Shown here in pieces: positions 1 to 5,527 of a DNA stretch of 24,000 nt; the first letter of the stretch is position 1; each line of letters starts with the position of its first letter. The notes under the pieces are model-generated. The model did not search any database, had not been told where the DNA came from, and worked only from the letters and a program-made list of their open reading frames with translations. A program made the position numbers and the translations under genes. Source of the stretch: Serratia sp. PL17 (GTDB taxonomy: Bacteria; Pseudomonadota; Gammaproteobacteria; Enterobacterales; Enterobacteriaceae); NCBI RefSeq assembly GCF_017832355.1, contig NZ_JAFIBY010000001.1, positions 1,780,209-1,804,208 on the forward strand, written 5' to 3'.

Positions 1-2
1 TT

Positions 3-791
3 AAACCGTGGGTGTGTCCGTGGAAGCGTAACGGAGCTGTGTCAGGTATTCCGTCAAACTTCACCACCGGCACAGCCTACAGCGGGATGAATATCATGCT
101 GTTATGGTGCAGTGCTGCAAAGCAGGGATTTAATGATTCTCGCTGGTTAACCTACAAACAGGCTCAGGAGCAGGGCGCACAGGTTCGTAAAGGTGAGCAC
201 GGTACTACGGCCATCTTTTACAAGACGCTGGAAAAAGAAGCTGAGGATGGCGAAATCGAAAAAATCCCCATGCTGAAAACTTTTACCGTGTTTAATGTTG
301 AGCAAATCGACGGGCTAGATATGAGCGCCGACAATGGCACCGAGATTGAACCACAGGCTGTAGGAGAGTTTGATCCGCTGCCGCAGGTTGAAGCACTGTT
401 CCAGCGTACAGGCGCGAGCATTACAGAACGTGGCCAACAGGCATTTTTTAAACCGCTAACGGATGAAATCTGGTTGCCTGAGCGTCATTTGTTTGCCGAT
501 GCCGCGAATTTTTACGCCACTGGCTTGCATGAACTGACGCACTGGAGCGGGGCGAAAAGCCGTTTAAATCGTGAAATGAAAGGGAGATTCGGATCGGAAG
601 GGTACGCTTTTGAAGAATTGATCGCCGAACTTGGAAGCGCGTTTCTGATGGCTGATTTAGGCGTTGTAGGAGAGGTTCAGCACGAAAGCTATATTGCATC
701 ATGGCTGAAATCACTGAAAGACGATAAACGCTACATTTTTAAAGCGGCCAGTGCCGCATCTAAAGCGCATCGGTATTTGATGGACTGCTGA
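3..791 (+). CDS. ardC: ArdC-family antirestriction protein (ssDNA-binding N domain plus HExxH metalloprotease-like C domain); 5' end lies outside the window
   Basis: The frame is open from the window edge (KPWVCPWKRNG...), so the listed GTG start at 12 is an artefact. Has a HELTHW zinc-protease-type motif. The tail ...SYIASWLKSLKDDKRYIFKAASAASKA is typical of ArdC proteins. Confidence 0.8.
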   Translation, partial: KPWVCPWKRNGAVSGIPSNFTTGTAYSGMNIMLLWCSAAKQGFNDSRWLTYKQAQEQGAQVRKGEHGTTAIFYKTLEKEAEDGEIEKIPMLKTFTVFNVEQIDGLDMSADNGTEIEPQAVGEFDPLPQVEALFQRTGASITERGQQAFFKPLTDEIWLPERHLFADAANFYATGLHELTHWSGAKSRLNREMKGRFGSEGYAFEELIAELGSAFLMADLGVVGEVQHESYIASWLKSLKDDKRYIFKAASAASKAHRYLMDC

Positions 792-807
792 GGGAAACGG
801 GAGAGAG

Positions 808-934
808 CATTGCCCACATATCCACATGAGAGAAGCCAGTGAAGCGGGGAGGCCAACAAGCCGCCCCCGCGAACGGGAGCGCCTCTACCGGCGGTGCAAG
901 CCGGTAGAGGTCGATTGTGGGTATGTGGACAATG
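808..934. repeat. Nested inverted repeats predicted to fold as a Y-shaped three-way structure between convergent ardC and nuc
   Basis: Outer arms 808-827 (cattgcccacatatccacat) and 915-934 (ttgtgggtatgtggacaatg) pair over about 19 bp with one mismatch and one G-T. Inner hairpin 844-870 (gcgggg/ccccgc plus ggc/gcc). Inner hairpin 882-910 (cctctaccgg/ccggtagagg, perfect 10 bp, 9-nt loop). Confidence 0.75.
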
Positions 935-974
935 CGGAGAGGAGGGAGTAAGTGCCGGGGAAAGTTGCCGATGT

Positions 975-1487
975 TTAATAGGCCGGTGCTAAAACTTCGC
1001 TTTCTGCCCACAGGCGATTAAATTCTTTCTCATACTGTGCCGCAATTTGCGGAACGCCTCGTAACACTATGTTGTTTTCGGCGTTGCGTGTGTCGGCGCT
1101 GGCCGTGTAATTAAATGACCCTGTTTGTACTGTGCTGCCATCTGCGATCATCACTTTGTTATGCATGATGGCGTAACGGCTGTTGAGGCGCACCGGAACA
1201 TGATTATTTGCCAGGTAAGTGACGGCTGAATAACGATCGCCGTTCGCTTTCCCATCTGCTACGACGCGAACGCGAACGCCTCTTTTTTGCGCGGAAACGA
1301 TCGCCGTCGCAATAGGCTTACTGGTGAAGCTATACGCCTCAACATCAAGTGACGTTGAGGCGTCATTGACCACCGACAGAACGTTTTGCAGTGCGGTATG
1401 TGACGGAGAAAAACCGACGCTGACGGTGGGGGCGGCAAATGCCGGGAAAACAACCAGGAGAAGGGCAGGCAGAGTAATTTTAAGCAT
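975..1487 (-). CDS. nuc: Periplasmic phospholipase-D-family endonuclease (Nuc-like, single HKD motif)
   Basis: N-terminal signal peptide MLKITLPALLLVVFPAFA. HxKxxxxD motif HNKVMIAD. The size (170 aa) and single-HKD layout match plasmid Nuc (pKM101/R46 type). Its start overlaps the upstream gene's stop (ATGCTTAA). Confidence 0.85.
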   Translation of the reverse strand: MLKITLPALLLVVFPAFAAPTVSVGFSPSHTALQNVLSVVNDASTSLDVEAYSFTSKPIATAIVSAQKRGVRVRVVADGKANGDRYSAVTYLANNHVPVRLNSRYAIMHNKVMIADGSTVQTGSFNYTASADTRNAENNIVLRGVPQIAAQYEKEFNRLWAESEVLAPAY

Positions 1488-2226
1488 AGGTTGTTAACTC
1501 CAGGGCTTTTAGTTCATCCATTGTATAAAAGCGGAATACGTTACGGTGCTTCGCTTCCAGCGTGACATGTTGGCTGTTTTCGATAACCTGTTTTATCGTG
1601 TTGAATAACAGCATTAATGCCCGCTTCTTTTGCTCATCCGGCACGATGTAGAACACGAAAAACCAGAGGTTTTCCGTTCGCGCTCTCAGGTGACTGGCGA
1701 TAATTTGCTGATAGCGTGCTTTCGTTTTTAAACTACGTTCGGTTTCAATGGCGATCCGTTTGCCATTTGGCAGTGTGATTAATCCGTCAGGCCGGTGCTT
1801 CACCTTAAACTGATTTAAAAAGGTGTTACGGTCGCCGTTAATCCAGTCCGTCGCGCCTTTTTGTGCCAGCGTAAGGTGTACCAGTTGATTATCCAGATGG
1901 TGATCGAGACTCCAGCCTTTTAACTTTGCCGGTTCAAATCGTGCGGGGAAAATTTTGTCTTCTGGGCTGAGTACGACGGCGATCCCATCCTGGGTTATTC
2001 CCCACAGCGTGAGACTGCCGAGGCGAGAGACGAAAACGTATTTTTGAATAAGCCCCATTCCTTCCAGTTTATCGAGCAGAAGGTAAAGCGGTTGATGTGC
2101 CTTATACTTAAAAAGCTGTTTTAGCGTGTCAAAATCGCTGTAGGTTTCCTCTTTCAAAAAATTAAGAAGCTGCGCCATTTTTTCACTGTTACGACCTTTG
2201 CGTTCTTTATCGCTACTTATCAGCAT
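1480..2226 (-). CDS. mobC: MOB_C-family (CloDF13 MobC-like, replication-relaxation / restriction-endonuclease-fold) relaxase candidate
   Basis: PD-(D/E)XK-like core HRPDGLITLPNGKRIAIETERSLKTK. Upstream histidine-rich helix LDHHLDNQLVHLTL. About 250 aa, sitting immediately downstream of a VirD4/MobB-like coupling protein, as in CloDF13 mobB-mobC. Start 2226 has the RBS AAGGGA; an alternative ATG lies at 2178. Confidence 0.6.
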   Translation of the reverse strand: MLISSDKERKGRNSEKMAQLLNFLKEETYSDFDTLKQLFKYKAHQPLYLLLDKLEGMGLIQKYVFVSRLGSLTLWGITQDGIAVVLSPEDKIFPARFEPAKLKGWSLDHHLDNQLVHLTLAQKGATDWINGDRNTFLNQFKVKHRPDGLITLPNGKRIAIETERSLKTKARYQQIIASHLRARTENLWFFVFYIVPDEQKKRALMLLFNTIKQVIENSQHVTLEAKHRNVFRFYTMDELKALELTTYA

Positions 2227-2235
2227 GGCATTCCC

Positions 2236-4071
2236 TTATTCATCGAAATCAAAAGAAGACGTTTCAGCAACCGGCTCAACGGGTGCTATCTCGGCTGTTC
2301 TGCTTTTTTCTGCCGCCACTAAAACGGGTGTCGTTTTTGCTGCGGGTGCATCAGTAAAGTCGAGCGGCTTTTTAATCGAGATGGGTGTGATCGGCGTGAC
2401 GTCATAAACCTGTAAAGGCTGTTTTTTCACTTTCAAGGGTGAGATTAAGGAGGTGCGGGGTAATTCTGTGGCCGTGAAAATATAGCTGACGAACGGAGGC
2501 AGGTTTAACAGCATGTTGCTGTCGATATAAAAACGCTCCGCCTGCCGGATGGTGCGCTCGTCGTCTATCACTTCGGTCAGTACCCGATTGGTTTTTGCTT
2601 TGCGACTCTCATCGTCCACTAAAATCGTGCCGGACATTTTTGCCACCCATAGTGCGGTGTCGGGGTCTTGCAGTTTGTACACCAGTTTAAATTTGGCGTT
2701 TTCAACGACGGCACCCACCACGGCGTCGCCGTTTAAATCGGCGGGGCAGTCGCGTAAGTCGGCGACGGACTGGTGATCCATAATGATATGCACACCTTTA
2801 TCTCGGGCTGCGCCTAACCCTTCCAGCGCAGGCCGTGATAAATGGTATTTCAGTTCGGCCAGGTGAATAGCAATAGGTCGCGGAGTCGAGTTGATTCGAT
2901 CACGTAATTCAGCAAGCTGCATCAGCCGCACTAAAATCATGCGCTGAGTTGCGATCACTTTACTGTTACGCATCGAACCGATGATGTAACAGCATCCGCC
3001 GTCGTCAAAAATCTTTTTTAATGCCAAACCATCCGGCGCATTGATGGAATTTAATAAGGCCAGCTCCTCTATTTTACCGAAAAATCCTTTAATCGTTTCG
3101 GCAATGCTCTGCACGAAATCGCTGTTGAATAAATCGCGGATCGTAGCGGTTGGGTTTTCATTGATTAACTGTGCGGTCGCGCGCGCAGCTCTGCGGTCAT
3201 CGATACGATAGAAATCGGCGGCTTCACCTTTTTCCGCCAGGCTAAAACCTGCGATAAAAAGTTCTTCCAGATGTTCGGCTGTAATACCGTCAATAAGGTT
3301 TAACTGATATTCCGGCCTGTTTAGGTCAATTAGGTAGAATGGTTTTCCTGCATCCTCACATGCTTTTCTTATTAAGTGAGGTGCCCATTCATCATTTTTT
3401 GGGTCCATTTCAAAAACGCCTTCACCGGCTAAAATACTTTGATAAATAAGTAACCCTGTTGCAACCCCTTTACCTGCGCCCGTCGTACCAATGACATCCG
3501 CATGTTGTTTTTGCCAGTCACTGAGCGGAATATATTGCGGGTCTCTGTTTTCATTGAGGCCAATAAAAACGCCTTTTGTTAAATCAATGAATTTCTCGGG
3601 GTCATATTTTTCAGTTGTGGGCAACAATGCTTTTATTTCTCGCACATCAGTGCGCGTATTTCTTTCCAGACTGGTTTTTTTAACCATCTTCCTTTTGAGT
3701 TTGTCAATCTCTGGTGAGAGAACGCGGCGTGCAACGTAATGAAATATCACGCCGACCACAGTAAATGAAATCAATATTGCCCACAAAATTACTGGCGTAC
3801 TGACTTCCAGCCTTGCCGGATATAGAAAGCGAAGGACGTAAGAGGTGGCCGGTGATATTGTGCCAAATATAAAGCATAAAAGTGAAAGGCAGATAATAAC
3901 TCGTTGCCATATTGGTGCTTTTTCATGCTCATCTCGCTTTAGCGGGACAATAAAGGGCAACGTCAATCCTGATAATAAAGCTAACAATAGCTGATGCTGT
4001 TGCATATAGCCGAAGAACGCCGTGGCGTTATCGACTATTGGCATTAGCTTCTCTGTGATTTTATTAAGCAT
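2236..4071 (-). CDS. virD4: Type IV coupling protein (VirD4/TraG/TraD family, CloDF13 MobB-like)
   Basis: N-terminal transmembrane segments. Walker A GTTGAGKGV. Walker B-like CCYIIGSM region. Acidic C-terminal tail ...SSFDFDE. 611 aa. Confidence 0.85.
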   Translation of the reverse strand: MLNKITEKLMPIVDNATAFFGYMQQHQLLLALLSGLTLPFIVPLKRDEHEKAPIWQRVIICLSLLCFIFGTISPATSYVLRFLYPARLEVSTPVILWAILISFTVVGVIFHYVARRVLSPEIDKLKRKMVKKTSLERNTRTDVREIKALLPTTEKYDPEKFIDLTKGVFIGLNENRDPQYIPLSDWQKQHADVIGTTGAGKGVATGLLIYQSILAGEGVFEMDPKNDEWAPHLIRKACEDAGKPFYLIDLNRPEYQLNLIDGITAEHLEELFIAGFSLAEKGEAADFYRIDDRRAARATAQLINENPTATIRDLFNSDFVQSIAETIKGFFGKIEELALLNSINAPDGLALKKIFDDGGCCYIIGSMRNSKVIATQRMILVRLMQLAELRDRINSTPRPIAIHLAELKYHLSRPALEGLGAARDKGVHIIMDHQSVADLRDCPADLNGDAVVGAVVENAKFKLVYKLQDPDTALWVAKMSGTILVDDESRKAKTNRVLTEVIDDERTIRQAERFYIDSNMLLNLPPFVSYIFTATELPRTSLISPLKVKKQPLQVYDVTPITPISIKKPLDFTDAPAAKTTPVLVAAEKSRTAEIAPVEPVAETSSFDFDE

Positions 4072-4095
4072 GTCTTAACCTTTGAATGGTTTCTT

Positions 4096-4156
4096 TCGGT
4101 GAGCTGTCTCGGTGAATCCACTCGGTGACAAGCTGTCACCGAGTGGATTCACCGAG
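4096..4156. promoter_or_regulatory. Perfect 23-bp palindrome with periodic TCGGTGA heptamers; candidate oriT inverted repeat and/or operator of the T4CP-relaxase-nuc operon
   Basis: 4108-4130 ctcggtgaatccactcggtgaca pairs with 4134-4156 tgtcaccgagtggattcaccgag across a 3-nt spacer (agc). TCGGTGA is direct at 4096, 4109 and 4122 (13-bp spacing) and inverted at 4136 and 4149. It begins about 35 nt upstream of the T4CP start codon. Confidence 0.6.
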
Positions 4157-4333
4157 TTGCATGGGGATCTGAGAGCGTTAAAACTGTGCCCGCAGGCGGG
4201 CATGCTGAGGGGGCTAGAGTCCCCTCAATAAAGGCATGTCCCATTACATGCGGGCTGGACGCCCTTATTTCATGAGACAAGGGGGTAATGTCGCGGCTGG
4301 ACGCCACGCCAAAACCCCCAAAGGTCAAGTGCG

Positions 4334-4504
4334 GCAAACCGTCCACGCTACGCGTGACCACCCCCCTTACGAAGTGATTTTGACCTCTATTTTTTCGCCT
4401 TCGTCTCAAAATATCGGAAATCACTACTCGTAACGGGGGTGGTCACGCGCAAAGTCGTATTATTCTCGTTCCTCGAATAATGCTCCTAAGCTTGGACGGT
4501 TTGC
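4334..4504. repeat. Nested long-range inverted repeats forming a predicted three-way junction (possible structured ncRNA or ssDNA element)
   Basis: Outer 12-bp stem: gcaaaccgtcca (4334-4345) with tggacggtttgc (4493-4504). Long hairpin 4351-4449: a perfect 15-bp cgcgtgaccaccccc/gggggtggtcacgcg, extended by ttacga/tcgtaa and gtgattt/aaatcac to about 28 bp, with a 37-nt loop. Second hairpin: attattc (4459-4465) with gaataat (4475-4481). Confidence 0.7.
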
Positions 4505-4642
4505 GGGGCTATGCCCCCCAAATAAACCGCTATCGTGGGCGATAGCTTTTTGCTCGCTGGGGCGGCAAAATTTATTCGGCTCCCCCCAACTAACTCGGTT
4601 CACTGGGGGTGAACGCTCGTTAGTGGTTTCGGCGACGCCAAA

Positions 4643-4758
4643 TTAACAATTTTTTCAAAATTGAATTTAGCTGCCTCAATCCACTTCCCGTTAACAATTC
4701 ATTCTGAATTGAACGATAAGTTAAAACCATCGTTAGCAATTTTTCAAAATTGAACGAT
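4643..4758. repeat. AT-rich direct-repeat cluster downstream of the hha-like gene
   Basis: caatttttt­caaaattgaa at 4647-4665 and caatttttcaaaattgaa at 4737-4754 (one T indel between copies). aattgaacgat at 4707-4717 and 4748-4758. ttaacaatt at 4643-4651 and 4691-4699. aacgat/atcgtt inverted pair at 4712-4734. Confidence 0.7.
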
Positions 4759-4772
4759 CAAAACAAATAACA

Positions 4773-4985
4773 TCACATTTCCTCTTTGCGGATTTTGTTT
4801 AATATAGTATTTGTTTTATACGAGTCGTATTCTTTTATGTGTGGATGTAGTGTGGAGGCGATTTCTATAAACTTACCCCGTTCATCATTATTCAGGCTGT
4901 CAGCGAATTCATGTATTTCCTCGGAAAGAAACTGGTTGTATAAAGTATCGTGTAAACCACAGCGTCGCCCTGCGCTATGTTCCAT
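4773..4985 (-). CDS. Small protein, weakly Hha/YmoA-like (H-NS co-regulator family)
   Basis: 70 aa, starting 37 nt downstream of the hns-like gene on the same strand. GRRCGLHDTL resembles the Hha LRRCQTIDTL segment. The rest diverges and the DHRLAEL-type motif is absent. Confidence 0.35.
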   Translation of the reverse strand: MEHSAGRRCGLHDTLYNQFLSEEIHEFADSLNNDERGKFIEIASTLHPHIKEYDSYKTNTILNKIRKEEM

Positions 4986-5022
4986 TCTTGAAATAACAGA
5001 CTCTGCTATCTATACAGCATCT

Positions 5023-5466
5023 TTAATTGCGGGGTTTTTTATTCTGGTTTTCATTTTTGATTTCCTCTGCAATTAAAAAATCATCCAACGTTGCACCTGA
5101 ATTTAACCGTTCCTGAATTAAACGCGGAACCCGACCAACACCAGACCATTTTTTAATGGCGTCACCGTCTCTGTACTGATATTTCATCCGGCGGCGGGAT
5201 TTTGTTTTTATCGCCGCTGCGGTTATTAATTCTTCTGGTGAAAAACCCTCACTGACAATCAGTGCTAATAACTCGCTGCGCTTTTCGTTGCGTAATTGAA
5301 TGGCTTCTTGTTCTTTTTCCTGCTGCGCCTCCCACTCGCTGATATGCACCTCAAGTTTATTTTTCAGGTCGGTTAATAGCGCGTAGTCGCACCGTTTAAT
5401 AAACTGGTTCATGTTGCGACCAGAGGATAGATAGGTGTAAGCATCTTGATATTTAATGTCTGACAT
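5023..5466 (-). CDS. hns: Plasmid-borne H-NS family nucleoid-associated protein
   Basis: C-terminal DNA-binding signature KYQYRDGDAIKKWSGVGRVPRLIQERLNSGATLDDFLI (compare H-NS Y-x-Y...TW(T/S)GQGRTP...L(D/E)DFL). Coiled-coil N-terminal half. Confidence 0.8.
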   Translation of the reverse strand: MSDIKYQDAYTYLSSGRNMNQFIKRCDYALLTDLKNKLEVHISEWEAQQEKEQEAIQLRNEKRSELLALIVSEGFSPEELITAAAIKTKSRRRMKYQYRDGDAIKKWSGVGRVPRLIQERLNSGATLDDFLIAEEIKNENQNKKPRN

Positions 5467-5527
5467 AATGAAAGTTACCTAAGCTAATGGGGAGTGGCGG
5501 CATGACGCCGCCATATAGGTGAAAGGC

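Noticed and set aside
2198-2407. 69-aa plus-strand ORF spanning the T4CP/relaxase junction, and other 60-100 aa ORFs antisense to the T4CP, topB and repA genes
   Set aside because: All are embedded antisense in strongly supported genes, with no RBS or recognisable domain.
4149-4433. Listed ORFs 4149..4424 (-) 91 aa and 4236..4433 (+) 65 aa in the large intergenic region
   Set aside because: They overlap each other on opposite strands and run straight through the arms of the long inverted repeats. They have no convincing RBS. Their Arg/Gly/Pro/His-rich composition is typical of random frames in GC-rich structured DNA.
4605-4645. Possible Tn3-family terminal inverted repeat (GGGGGTGAACGCTCGTTAGTGG resembles GGGGTCTGACGCTCAGTGGAACG)
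   Set aside because: The similarity needs several indels, the inner TAAG-type end is missing, and no partner repeat, transposase or resolvase is present in the window.
5495-5513. GC-rich hairpin tggcggc-atgac-gccgcca between topB and hns as a terminator
   Set aside because: No U-run follows on the minus strand. It may still act as an RNA stabiliser or processing site, but a terminator call is not supported.
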